The translations under genes were made by a program, and so were the position numbers. 64,000 nt of DNA from Camelus ferus. Its lineage: Eukaryota. Location: positions 71,734,001-71,798,000 of the forward strand of contig NC_045705.1 of NCBI RefSeq assembly GCF_009834535.1. The letters run 5' to 3'. Of this stretch, positions 45,001 to 64,000 are shown piece after piece; within the stretch, counting starts at the first letter, position 1, and the number at the start of each line of letters is the position of its first letter. The notes under the pieces are model-generated. The model ran no database searches. It was not told the origin of the DNA and worked only from the letters and a program-made list of their open reading frames with translations.

Positions 45001-47334
45001 CGTCCCCGTCCTTGCCCCCAAGCTGGGCTCGGAGACCTCTGACCCACGCAAAATGCAAAGCACTATGCAAATGAGGGGATGACCCAGTTGCCGTCTGGTG
45101 GCGACTTGGGGCAGCTCCGGCCCAGACCTCTGGCCCAGATTGAGGGAGCTCGGGGACTACAGCCGGAACACACAGCGGGTGCACACTCTCCGAGCAGCCC
45201 ACCCTGTGCTGGACAAGGGCTGCGCCAGGACCCGGAAACTCGCGCAGCTCACACGGGACAGGGGTCAGCCTGGGAGACAGACCCCATGCAAAGCTGGCGG
45301 CCCACCCCAGGCCCACCCAGCACTCAACCCTGGCGGCACCCTGCTTCACCCAGCCAAGGGAGCATGGCTGGCTTCACTGGCGCATGACATGTGCCGTCAC
45401 ACAGTTTGATGCTCTGGTTTTGATGCTCTGCAGCCACTGTCTTGAAATTCTCCACAATTTTTGACCAAGGGGCTCTGACTTTCATTTTGCACCAGCCCCT
45501 CCCAGACACATCCACACACTCAGCTGGATGTGGGTTCACGCCAGGCTTGCAGATCACAGGTGGCACGCACACGTGTTGCTCCAAAGCCTCTTGTGCCGGG
45601 CGTGTGGTGTGCCCAAGGGCTGATGAGCAGAGACACGCACAAGGAGCAGCCCAGAGGGGCAGGCACACGCACCACCACCACAGGTGCTGTGCCCCCACAG
45701 CCCACCCCACTGGCGGGGACCCTAGAGTGTGCTGGGAAGACACCAGCATGTGTCCCAGATGCCGCCTCCCTGTCTGCCCTTTGCCTGCGGCCCAGGAGGG
45801 GTTGAGCCTCCTCCTGTCTGCACCGGCAGAAGAGCCAGGCCTGGGGGAGGGTGGCCACCACAGGCATAGATGAGCCCTGAGCCCTGGACTGGGTCTACCC
45901 TATCCCCAAGGCCACCCATGGACAGCGTCCATCCCATTGGATGGTCCCAGAAACGGAGGGAAGGACTCACCCAAGGTCCGCAGAACTCAGAGGGGAGAGG
46001 AGTGGGAGGAATGGGGATGGGGAGATGGTGCAAGGAAGGAAAAGAAATGGGGGGACGAGGAGGAGGGAGGGGGGCCCATCAGTGGTGCTGACAAAGTGAT
46101 AGATTGAAACTAAGTGGTGCCTGCGGTGGCAAGTCTGGGAGATGTCTGCTGGGCGGGGGGCCTAGTGAGGTCTGGCAGCCCTGCTGTGCTCTGAGGACCA
46201 CTGCCCCAGCCCTGTGCTGCCCGAGGGCTCTGAGGAGAACTGCAGCTCAAGCCCCAGGGGCAGTGTCCTTATGCTGTCCTCTCTGAGCTGAGCTGGCTCT
46301 GGCCGGCAGGGAGTGGGAACAGGAGAACCCCAGTGTCCCTACCCTGCCCAAACTGGGGGCCTGACAAGGCTTCCCAGGTCCCTCTATCCTTCCTCCCCCA
46401 AGGATTCTTTGGTGTGCCTGGGCTCCTGGAATGGGACACAACAGTGACCACACACCAGGGGCCCGGTGGAGAAGCAGGCCTTGGAAGCCCCCATCCAGGC
46501 CCTGCAGAGACCACTGCCTGCAGCTCTGCCCAGGGAGCAAGTGGCCGCCGGTGACCCCTGGAGACTCTGGGGATCCCCAGCAGCCTCCAGCCACCATTCC
46601 CTTGGCCCAACCCAGCCAGCCCCACACGCCCAAGCCAAGGATGGACACTCGGGGCCCCAAGAGTCCCAGCATATGAGAGGGTGTGTGCTCTGTGCACACT
46701 TGTGGGCACAGGCAGGCTAAGCAGGACGGAAGGGCATGTCTGCCTCCCCAGCCTGGCTCCCAGGGCAGGGCCTCCGATGACCAGGGTGGGGCCACCCACC
46801 TGGGGAGCCGTGGGCTCGGCCCTCCACTCCTTCATCACACTGGAGCTCAGGGCGGGGCGGGGAAGGGGAAGTCTGTTCTGGGTTCCCATACTGGGCCCAG
46901 CAGCCCAGGACCCCCCTCCTCCACCTCACTCAGCCAATAGCATTCCTACAGCCCCTTAAACTCCTGCTAACCCCTGTGCCATCTCTAAACCCTGCACCCA
47001 TCACTCAGGTGAGCAGGTGAGACTGAGCTGAGATTAAACCAGAAAACTCAACCAAGGGTCCCGGGGCCAGTTGGAGCGAGGACAGGAGTACATCCAGGCT
47101 GCCAGGTGGAGCGCTACCCAGCCAGCCCCGGGGACCCTGTCCCCACAGTCAAGCCCTTCCTTCAGCAGGTGGGACCCCAGTGAGACACACTGAGGAGGTG
47201 ACGTCTGGTTGGCTCAGCCCCAGTTTGTCCCAGGACCAGGAGAGCGGCCAGCCATCAAGGCCCTCGGGCTGGGTGTGGGTGAGACCAGAAGGCAGCCCAG
47301 TGCTGCGCCCCTGCCCCGCCAGGCTGGGACGTAC

Positions 47335-47426
47335 CTGGGCTGGCCACAGGAAAGAGGGCAGGCTGTGCCCAGTGCCCCTGGAGGCTGGGCAGCCAGCAGG
47401 CAAGCTGGAGCTCCCTGGAGGAACGA
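47335..47426 (-). other. TSPAN4: TSPAN4 non-coding exon 2 (5' UTR)
   Basis: Acceptor cctccattctgcag| and donor CCCAG|GTACGT. No ATG inside. About 3 kb upstream of the first coding exon, matching my recollection of the human layout. Confidence 0.6.
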
Positions 47427-49936
47427 CTGCAGAATGGAGGCTCTCCAAGGGGATGAGGAACAGCCCTCCACTCAGGACCAGGTCCCTCCAGTGGCAGGGG
47501 GGCAGCTGGGGGGCAGCTAGGGGTATGCTCAGACCTGTGGGCTGCACCCCCACCCACCCTTCGCGTGGCCTTCCAAGACGCCCAGGGAGACACCAGGCTG
47601 CTCAAGTGGGGACGTGCAACCAGAGAACACACACGTCCAGAGATGAGGACACACACACAGCCTGAGGGCCGTCCCAGTCCCAAGCGGTCCTGGGCCCGAG
47701 ACTAACCTGCAGTGTCCACCTCCCCCACGACATCCTCCTGGGCTCGTCTGGGGCTAGCAGACAGACATGCCAAGCCACAGACCTAAGCTCTCCCCAGGAG
47801 CCAGCCAGTGATGACTCACGAGGCCCACTGATCTGCTGTTAGTGCTCACGGGGGTCCTCCCCTGAGAGCCAGGGATTGTGGGGAGGGGTCCCAAGCTCAC
47901 GTGGGGGTTGCGACAGCATCCTGGCCAAGCATGCGCACTTCACCCCTCAGACCAGGGCTCCTGGCAGCCTGGGGAGTGGGGCAGGCGGTCTTCCCAGCAG
48001 CCCAAGGGCAAGGAGGGGCAGCAGAGGCTCAGACGCCACACTGGCACTTGCCCATCTCCTCATGTTCATCCCCTCATGGGCAGCCCACTGCCAGCCGGTC
48101 CACTCAGACCCACACCTGGGACAGATGTGAAGCCACTGAGCCGGTGGAGGCCCCGGCAACCCGAGACCTAGCCCCTCTGAAACCCCAGTGCACCTACCAC
48201 ACAGGGAGAGCACGCCCCTGGGCCCAGGGCCCCGGGCCCACCTTCATCCCCAGCAGTCGCTGTGCCCAGGGATGAAGCATCCACGGAGGGCTTTCAGGCC
48301 CAGCGAAGTATGAAGGGTGGGAGGGACACGCCCCACGTTCTTTGATGAACCGGGAGCTGAGGGGCCCAAAGCCCACAGCAACACTGCTGAAGCTAAAAAC
48401 CATGCATCCATCCAGGCCTAAGGCTGCGTCTGTGCACCCTACCCCCCAGGACCTGGGCATCAGGGGATGGCGCCTCCCAGTCAGGCTCTAAAGGGCAGCT
48501 CCAGCAGCACCTGGCATGGCCCGCAACCCTCCTGGGCCCCCACATGTGAGGAGGCCCTGTGGCCAACACCACTACCTGGCCACATTCCCAACCCAACCCC
48601 CAAGGCAGCCCCTGGACCCTCCATGAATGATCCCGGCACCTTCTGGTCCCCACCATGCCTCTCCATGAATCCAGAGCCCCCACCCCCATCTCGGACAACT
48701 CAGACACAACCGTGCAGTCAGGGCATGGGAGCAGGGCTGGACAGGACCAGGGCTGGCTCGCTCCCCAACCCAGGCCCAGCCTCCTCCTCCAGGAAGCCTC
48801 CCTGCCCCACTCCCTGCTCTGGGCTTCCTTTGAGCTCAGAGTGGGACAGGCCTGCGTCTCCCAGCACAGCACACACAGCAGGCAGCAGGGATAGGGCTGA
48901 ACGAGAACACCAAGACACCCCTCCCACAGCCTGCCAGCCCAGGCCTGGGCCTTCTAGACCCTCCAGGACCCTGGGATGGGGGCCCTGGGGGAGCATGAGC
49001 CACACAGAGGCCGTGGGCACCTACCCGGCTAGATCAAGGTCCCACTCGAAGAAGGACCTCCCCAAACGCCGAAGCAGGGCTTGCCCACCGCTGACCCGGA
49101 GGCCTGGGGCAGACCTGCGGTTCTCAGCAGGGCCGCGGCAGGGGCCTGGCCTGGGAACATGCACCCCAGCGGGGGCAGCTCAGGGTGGAGAGTGGAGCCG
49201 GCCTGCCCACCCAGGCCCCCAGCTCTGAGGCGGCTTTGAGGAGCCAGGAGGGCCCCGCCAACACAAACAGGCCTGTGGTGTCGGCCTTCCTGCTGCTGCT
49301 TCAGCCCTCCGTGGGCCCCCACCCTGGGGGAGGGGCAGGCAAACCCCCAGGCTGGCACACCCTCCCTGGGAGGAGCCACATCCCCTAGCCCAAACTGGAA
49401 GCCTCCGGGGCTGGGAGACACCCCCTCCAGGGGAGGAGGCCCCAGTCTGTTCCTGGGCCCCCTGGGTCCCACCCCAAACTCAGGGCCTTCCCCTACCACC
49501 CTCTCCTTCCACCCACCACAGGCCCTGGGAGCACCCTTCTCAGGTGCCCACCAGGTATGTTCCCCAACCTCAGCCCTGACACCCACCCCCACCCCTGGGC
49601 TGCCCAGAACCCTCCAGAGCAGGGCCCTCAGGAAGCCCAGAGCGGCCCAGGCGTGTCCAGGGGTCTCTATGTTAGGGCCAGTTCAGCTTCAAGCACACCG
49701 GCAAACCACCACACCCAACTCCCCAGCCCCTGGGGCTGGGAGGGCTCCCGTGGGCGTAGCAGGTGGGCAGCCCCCTCTGCCCCTGGGGAGGCATCCGGGT
49801 GCCCTGCATCATCCCCGTGTGAGCACAACTCTACCCACAGCAATCAGGGCCAGGGGCTGAGCCTGGGACCCCAGGCCCACATAGCCCCGATTGGACCCTC
49901 CAGCTGGGCAGCTTCTGGTTCCACCCACACTTTCGG

Positions 49937-49972
49937 GCGGTGAAGCGGTGAAGCCGTGAAGCGGTGAAGCGG
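49937..49972. repeat. 8-bp tandem repeat (gcggtgaa) x4.5
   Basis: gcggtgaa gcggtgaa gccgtgaa gcggtgaa gcgg read directly. Confidence 0.9.
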
Positions 49973-51699
49973 AGGCTGGGACCCAGGCCGAGGGGGTGGG
50001 TCAGCCGACTCCCAGGCAGGGTTCTCCCTGGGCTCAGCCTGTTTCCAGAACACTCAGGGCCAGAGGGTCCCAGCAGCCGAGACTTCAATCGCTAATTGTC
50101 CCTTGTCCCCTGCCTGCCCTGAAGTGACCCTTCTCGAGCAGGAAGCAGGGCTCACGGGTTTCAGACCACATGTGAGCACAGCCCTCCCTCCCCTGCCCAC
50201 ACTCCTGGGGCCAGGACACCCCATTCTCCGAACACCGGTGCCTCACTCTCCCTGCCCCTTTCCCAGCCCTCCCTGGAGGTCTGGGCCACATCTGTCCTCA
50301 CAGCCCACCTCCCCTCCACCCTCACCCTTACCCATGCTCTGGTCCCTGGGGCCTCCCTCCTGCCCCTGCCCACCCTGAGGAGAGCCTGCCCACGCCCTGG
50401 CCTGCTCCCCCCAACACACCTAGCAGGACATGGCCACCCAGGGCTGGCCAGGCAGGAGGGCAGGGCTGATCTCTGAGGCTCCCCTATCCTCTGGTCTAGC
50501 TGGCTGGGACTGAGCCAGGGCAGAGTGGAGACGGAGGACCAAGTGCACATGAGCGTTGGGACCCTGCACACTGCTCCCCGCAGCCTCCCCCTGGAAATCA
50601 GGGAGCTGGAGAGGAGGAGGCCGCCACCGCCCCCACCCTCAAATCCACACAGAGCTCTCAGAATTCCAGGAATGTCAATTTGGCACTCCGTCCCCTCCCT
50701 CTCTGGGAGTAAACAACCGCGGGGCAGGAGCTGGGCGAGGCCGACTGGCAGCCCCTCCTCCAGGAAGCCTTCTGCCCCAGCTTCCCCCGTGCTCCCAGAG
50801 GCCCACCCAGATGACATCCCAGATCCCTCCCCCGTCTCCCTCACCTCCACAGATGCAAGCAGCCTCTACAGCTGAGCCTGGCTATGACCCCAGGCCCCTA
50901 TGACTCAAGGTCCCTTTCCCGCCTCTCTGGCTGGGGACAGGATGTGCGTCCAGTCAGCCTGGGAAGGGGGGCAGGGCAGGGAAGTGGCCTCCAGCTCGTG
51001 GCTCCGCACGTGGCAGGATGGGGGATGGCAAACACCACTGGGGAGGCCATCCAGGGCCCAGGCAAAGGTGGGGGCTCCAACTTCAGGCAGGCAGCGGATC
51101 TGGTCAGCCTCTCCATCTCCCGCCTGGACCTCCATCTCCTTGCCTCTCAACTAAGGCCAGGGTCCATCGTCTACCCTGAGAGGGCAGTTAGTTGATGCCT
51201 GGGACCCAACACAGGCCCCACCCACCCCAAACTGAGATCCAGACTCCTCAGGCCAGCGAACTGCCCAAAGCCTGCATAGGTGCCTAAGTCACAGGTGCCA
51301 CTGTGAGACACATCCACCCTCCCGAGTCCAAAGCTTACCTCCTTCAGGGAGCCTTCCCTGCTTCTCACTGTATACAGCCCTCCCCACTACCCCTAGCCAT
51401 AGGATCAGGGGGTTCACCCCACCTCTTTTCCAGAGACACAGCCTCCCCTCCCTTTAAATCCTTCATGGCTCCTGCCCCATCACCTCCTCCAGCTCCAGGT
51501 ACAGCCTGCAGGCCTCTGCCCAAGGGTTCCCTTTGCCAGGATCTGTCCTGCTCCCACACACACTCGGGATCTCTCTTCAAGGTTCAGCTTGAAAGACACC
51601 TCTTCCACGACTATCCCCTGACCACCTTCCCGGTTCTCAGAGATCCGACCCTCCAGATCGCAGGCGACCCACCCAGCACCGCCTGGCCTGGGACGGGTG

Positions 51700-53636
<1,937 letters not shown>

Positions 53637-53754
53637 CGTGGACCCAACAGACAGCGTCCTGCCCACAGCTCGTCCCCCCTGGTGTGGGGACCTGGAAGCC
53701 ATGCCTGCCCACAGCCCTGTCAGCTTGCATCTCCCTCTCTGGAAAGAACCATCC

Positions 53755-53760
53755 AATAAA
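53755..53760 (+). terminator. POLR2L poly(A) signal AATAAA
   Basis: Canonical hexamer about 120 nt after the stop, with T/GT-rich sequence downstream. Confidence 0.9.
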
Positions 53761-54904
53761 GGTTTTTGAGGGCCACCTGGAGGTCCTAACAGTTGGCCTA
53801 GCTTTGTTCCTGTGTCCTGCCTTGTGCGTGAGGCCAGTGGAGGTGATTTCAGCCCTCACTGCCCAGGAGGAGGGAGAAGTATGCACAGGGCCCCCATCCA
53901 CACAGCCGTGCTCTGCCGGGCTGGCTTTCCTGTGGAGGCTGCACTCAGCCCCACAAAAAGCATAGACTGTGAGCGGTTGGGTTGTGGGCCAAGGGCCGTT
54001 GGCATCCCCACAGCAGTGCTCTGGGTGCTCCTTAGGCTGAGGACAGAGGTCCTCACATCCTCTCCCCCAGGATCTGAATCTAAAGAACCAGATTCTCTGA
54101 GCCCTGAACAGAGTGCCTGCTGTGGTTACAGGGGCCCCTCTGGAGGGCACTGCTGTCAGAAGCTTCCAGGCTCTGCTGGAGCCCAGCAGGCCTGTCCCCT
54201 CCACAGCGAGCAAGTGCTGCACAACCTCCACAGGCTGCCTGTAGACCCCGCTGTGGGCTGCAGGTGCCCAGAGGAGGGGCTGGACGAGCTCCCACTGTCC
54301 CAGGCATTAACACTCCATGCGAAGAAATGGCCAGAAGCTGCCTTGCAGCAGGGATGGGAGGGGTGAGGCAGGCCCACTCCCTCCAGCAGGCGGAGGGCAT
54401 CTTGCTCAGGGCCGGCCCAGATGTCTGAAGTGCTCCTCTGACCACAGATGAGGAAACCGGTTCGAGGGGAAGATGGGGTCTGCCTGTGATGGCCCCTCTG
54501 GGCCCAGCACTAGCATGTGTCCTTCTGGACCCCAGCTCACTCTTGAGACACCTCCACTCCCCTCCTCCACCTCTCTTCTACCTTCTCCTGCACCTGGTCC
54601 CTGCACAGTGGCCAGAAGGACCTCTGGAACCACAAGCGGCCTGAGCCACCTGAGGTCCACCTCCACTTCCTCCGTGGGGCCTTGGCCATACCCGTCACTG
54701 GGTCCAAGGACAGCCAGAGCTCTGCACCAGGGCCTGTGCTCATCCCTGCCACTGGCCTCCTCTCCCTTGCGTCCCCAGCTCTCAGCTCACGCCTGGGCCT
54801 CTGCACTTCTTTTCTGTGGCACGAGGTGGGTAGTCCTGTCCACCCTGCTAGACATGAAGGCCCTGAGGACCAGAACCATCTCCATCATTAACGTAGAGTT
54901 CCCC

Positions 54905-55040
54905 GATCGGGTCCACAGGCATTTATTGAGCACCTAGTACACAGCAGGAGCAGTCCTAGGCATGGTCAGGCAGCAGTGAATAAAACCCACAGAGCTGCCT
55001 CCAGGAAAGGGGAGACAACAGTGACCTGGGAGAGGGCTCT
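54905..55040 (+). mobile_element. L2 3'-end relic between POLR2L and CD151
   Basis: gcatttattgagcacctagtac...gtcctaggc...agcagtgaataaaac matches the L2 terminal pattern (atttattgagcacctactatgtgccaggcactgtgctagg...gcagtgaacaaaac). Confidence 0.7.
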
Positions 55041-55340
55041 TGCTTGGCTTCCCCAGAGGGGTGGAGGTGGCTTAACGAGAGGCCCCCAATACCTGGGGGC
55101 TCTGGAGGTGGGCACATGGGGCGCCTCACCTGCTGCTGCCTGCCATCCCCCTACACCAACCCTCACCAGCCTTGCCCTTCCTGGTGCTGCCCATGACCAC
55201 TGTCCAGGGGACAGGGAGCACCCTGGGTGGGCCAGCCATTTCTGCCCATCAAACTGGCCCCTCTAACTGAATATACATCAGGGAGCAACCCAAGGACCCA
55301 GGACCCCACCCCAAAGGAGGTGGCCTCAAGGAAGGGGGTA

Positions 55341-55346
55341 TTTATT
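55341..55346 (-). terminator. CD151 poly(A) signal AATAAA
   Basis: tttatt on the + strand about 330 nt past the CD151 stop. Confidence 0.85.
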
Positions 55347-55676
55347 ATCAGAACTCAATCCCCACATCCCATCAGCTCCACCCACCCCGGCAGGCAAACA
55401 GGCAGACAGAAGGAGCCCTGCCTCAGGCCTTAGGACTTTGGTGTGCAGCTAAAGGCACTTGAAGCTCCCTCTGGGACTGGGGGTCCCCAGAGGTCTTGGT
55501 GATGGCACGGCGGCGGGGGCCCAGGCGTGAGGACAAGATCTCCCTGGCAAAGTGGGAGGGGAAGGGGCTGCATCCCTGGCCCGCGGCTCCCCGGCCAGCC
55601 GCCCGGAGCATCAGCTCAGTAGTCTACGCATCAGTGAGAAGCGGCAGCTCGGCGAGGCCGGCGGCCCGCGGGCAGG

Positions 55677-57808
<2,132 letters not shown>

Positions 57809-58577
57809 CCTAGCGGCAGGGAGGTGGGGCAGGGCCTGCCTGGGAGAACCACCAGCCACCAGTGAGGATGGAGGGAGGGGACACAAGTGTCCAGGCCAGC
57901 CCCAGGTTGGGTCCTGCCCTAGACAGGGGCTCTGAGACAGTGTCCATGGGAACCACGACACTTCCTGGGAGGGCAGCTCAGGAGCCCCCAGTCCTCCTGT
58001 AGTGAGGGCAGACCCCTGGCACCCAGAGCCCAGCTAAAGGACAGAGGGCCTGGCTTCCCTGCCCAGAGCCCAGCAGTGGGAGCATGAAGGACCCACAGCC
58101 ATCGGCGGCTGACTCACCTCTGCTGGCAGCCAGGGTAGGAAGCCCCAGCAGGCACCTCCGAGTGAGCTCATGCAGGCTCCCCACCCCACCCCAGCATTCC
58201 CTGGGCCCCACGTCACAAGCTGGCAGGAACCTACCGGCTGCTGGAGGGGACTGACCTGCCCCTTTCTAACCTAGTCCTGCGGCCTCAGGGGAAAGGAAAG
58301 GTGCGAGGCAGATGGAGCTGGGGCACTTTCAGTGCCGCCCTCGTCCCTGGAACCCGCACAGCCACACCGACCCCAGGGAGAAGTGCAGCTCCAGGCAGTG
58401 CTCCTCCCCCGAGACACCTATTCGAGGCACCCACTCTGTTCCGGGGTGTCCGCACTGGGGAGAGTGGGAGGAGGGCTGTGGGGCACAGACAGCCGCTGAG
58501 CTCCAGGGCCATATTTCCAGACAGGCAAAGAGCCAACAGAGCTGGACTCTGACCCACCCTACCCTACACTCACTCAC

Positions 58578-58634
58578 CTGGCTAGGGGGGCTGCTCTGTA
58601 AGACAGATGGACAGACGTTCCTGAGAAGGCTCCG
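58578..58634 (-). other. CD151: CD151 non-coding exon 2
   Basis: Acceptor gtccctgctcttctag| at 58635 and donor GCCAG|GTGAGT at 58577. No ATG inside. Confidence 0.7.
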
Positions 58635-58999
58635 CTAGAAGAGCAGGGACAGGTCGCACGTCTGACTCAACCCAGATGGGCGGGATCCTGCCACCCCTCT
58701 CTGTGGCCCACCCAGGCAGTGGACCGGAGCTGGGCTTCCAGAGCAGGCTGAGAGGGGAGCGGCCAGGCTGCGTATTTTGGTCTGGGCTAGGGAGGGGCAG
58801 GGCAGGGCAGAGGATATTTCTGGACAGTCCGACCCTGGGAGGGACCACGCGCCTCCTCCATGCACCCCACTCTGGGCCTCGGCACCAGAATTGTCACTGC
58901 CCCTTCCCCCACCGAGCAACAGTAGCAGCAACCTGGGAAGAAAAGAAGGCGCAGACCCCTACCACAGAGCTGCGGGGTGCGGGAGCCTGCTCTGAGGCC

Positions 59000-59900
59000 C
59001 TAAGCTTTCTGGGGAGGCTGCTTCCAGACACAGATCCGGCCCCCAAGGCCCGCCCACCGGAGACCGGCCGAGGAGGGGCTGCTCTTTCCGGGAGTATCTG
59101 GTGGAGATGATCCTCCCGGGAAAGGGCCGGCCAAAAATAGTTCCTGCGGCCTGCGACAGAGCTGTCCCGCCCCCAGCCCCCGCCGCTCAACAGGGCCCGT
59201 CGGCGGCCCGCGCCCCAAGGTGGGGGACTCCGCACTCCGCTCCAGCCAGGCCCGGTGAGGAATTCGCGCGTCACCGCGATGAAGTCACCGCGGCCGCCGC
59301 CGCCCCCCACGCCCGGGCGCAGCACACGGACCGCCCACTTGCACCGGGCGGAGGGAAGGGGACCAGTGTCCACGCACAGCGAGTGCGGTGCTCAGGTGGA
59401 ACCGCTGGCCCGAGGGGGCCGCCAGGCCTGATCGAGGACCCGGGAGGCGCCTTGCCCTCGCTCTGTGGACCCTCCGCGCGCCCCGCCTCCCGGCGCCCTT
59501 CTCCCTCCGGAAAGGGCCAGCAGGGCCGCGAGGCGCGCAGCTTTTCCCGGTCGGCCGGGCCAGGCGGCGCACTCACCAGCCACGCGTTGGAGTCGGGCCG
59601 TCGGCGACGGCGGCGGGGGCGGCGGCGGCTCCGAGCGCGGAGAATGCGCGGCCGGCCGCGAGGCTGCAAGCGAGACGCGCCGGGACGCCCAGGGCCCCGC
59701 CCCAGCCCCAGCCCCGCAGGCCCCGCCCACGGCCGCCGACGCCCGGCAGGTCTGAGCAAAGCTCGACGCGCGCGCGCGCGCGCACGCTCCAGCCGGTGGG
59801 ACACCGTCTGGTGCAGGCGCTGGGGTCCACCCGAGGCTGCCGAGACCGGGAGAGTTGCAGCCCGGGGGTGCCCACAGCCCAGCCAGGGCCAGCCCCCTCG
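59000..59900. promoter_or_regulatory. CpG island / CD151 promoter
   Basis: CpG-dense region with GC boxes and a (CG)8 tract at 59767-59782 upstream of exon 1. Confidence 0.85.
59577..59660 (-). other. CD151: CD151 non-coding exon 1 (5' end approximate)
   Basis: CTG|GTGAGT donor at 59577/59576 in the CpG island. Confidence 0.65.
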
Positions 59901-60691
59901 GGGGGAGCTGCGCTTGTGGCGGGAAGGGGCGGGGGGCGGCGGTCAGGCCAGCGAGGCCCTGGGCTGTGTCCAAGACCCGGAGTCTGCAGGGGTCGGCAGA
60001 GCAGATGAGGGAGAGGGTCTGGAGGTATGGTCAGATGCAGAGAGGAGTCCCTCTGGGCGTAGTTTGGAGGACGGCCTGGAGGGGAGGCGTAGGGTCAATG
60101 TGAGAGGTAGTCCAGTCTGGAGGGCATCCGCCTGGGAGTGGTGGGAAGATGTGAGGGAGAAAGGGCGGCGCCTGCTGACACGCCGAACTGGGAAGCTGAG
60201 AGTGGGAGTAAGGTGGGGAAGGGGAGTAGTCCCAGGCGTGTCTGAGTCTGCACAGTGGGTTGGAGCCGCTCTCCATGGACAGTGGGCAGCGCTCATCCCC
60301 AGCTCCCTGCCGGGCTGGCAGCTGCCAGCTCCCCAGGCAGGAAGGAGGGGCACGGGGGGGGGGGGGCGGGCAGCTCCAGGCCTACCCCAGGCGGCTCCAC
60401 TCAGGACTCCAGCGGGCTTAGCTAGCCCACCCAGGGCCTTGTGAGGACATGGGGTGGGGGCGGCTGACTGAGGCTGGGAGCAGGGAGGAAACCCCATCCG
60501 CTGCTTTCTGGGAGACAGTGGCCTCAGTCCCTTTGTCCCTACAGAGTGCTTGTGGGGTGGGGCTTCAGCTCTGACAGACGGTGAGGGCTCAGGGAGACGA
60601 CCAGGGACACACATGTACCGTGGACACCTAGGTGTACGTCACAAATGCTGTGGCTCACACACAGGAGGCCGAGGAGGTGAAGTCAGTGGAC

Positions 60692-60697
60692 TTTATT
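60692..60697 (-). terminator. CRACR2B poly(A) signal AATAAA
   Basis: tttatt on the + strand about 240 nt past the CRACR2B stop. Confidence 0.8.
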
Positions 60698-60936
60698 TGG
60701 ACTGGGGGGGCTTGCTGGTTTTGATGGGATGGGGATAGGACGAGGACCTTGAGGGAGGCACATGAGACCCTGACCACCCTGAGATTAGCTCCTTCATGTC
60801 TGCAAGTCAGGCAGCCCAGGCAGTCCACTGGGTAGAACCCACACTCTGGATGAGCAGCCCTCAGCCATGACGAGTTGCCTTCAAGGGGCAGCCTCTTCAA
60901 GTAACCAAGTAACGCCCAGTGAGTCACCCGGGCCGG

Positions 60937-63891
<2,955 letters not shown>

Positions 63892-64000
63892 GGTGAGGGT
63901 CTCAGCTGCTGGGTGCTGTGAAGCCAAGGAGGAGTCAGGGCCTGAGCAGAGCTGAGAAGAAATGAGGCGAGAGGGGAAGTGAAGGCAGAGAGAGGGTGTG

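Noticed and set aside
44587-45063. Further upstream part of the 350-aa ORF 44011-45063
   Set aside because: It starts at a non-ATG codon and is low-complexity Arg/Gly/Pro/Ala sequence through GC and CCAAT boxes, without the codon bias seen from ATG 44586 onward.
59101-60444. 447-aa + strand ORF antisense to the CD151 promoter
   Set aside because: It is typical CpG-island stop-codon depletion, with Arg/Pro/Gly/Ala composition and no recognisable domain.
63892-63927. 12-aa N-terminal extension of CRACR2B in the ORF track
   Set aside because: It begins at TTG, while the downstream ATG 63891 has an optimal Kozak and matches the known N-terminus.

Overview
GC-rich mammalian genomic DNA. It is the block syntenic to human 11p15.5, in reverse orientation. 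A short tRNA-Ala-derived SINE of the Vic-1 type suggests a camelid. Gene order is AP2A2 (-, first coding exon only), CHID1 (+, complete, 393 aa), TSPAN4 (-, complete, 238 aa), POLR2L (+, complete, 67 aa), CD151 (-, complete, 253 aa) and CRACR2B/EFCAB4A (-, complete, 399 aa). All coding exons were traced by hand with GT-AG junctions and continuous reading frames. The window also holds several CpG islands, old MLT1 LTR, L1 and L2 relics, and local tandem duplications. Almost all long ORFs in the six-frame track are GC-rich noise. Best leads: (1) a 73-codon in-frame N-terminal extension of TSPAN4 with strong coding-like codon bias, lying under an internal CpG-island promoter and overlapping the canonical splice acceptor; (2) a 20-bp duplication of the CHID1 exon-1 donor in which both copies carry an ATG that opens the same junction-spanning uORF; (3) ancient repeats in CHID1 intron 10 that appear rewritten toward GC. 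No database searches were run. Comparisons to human proteins and repeat consensuses are from memory.
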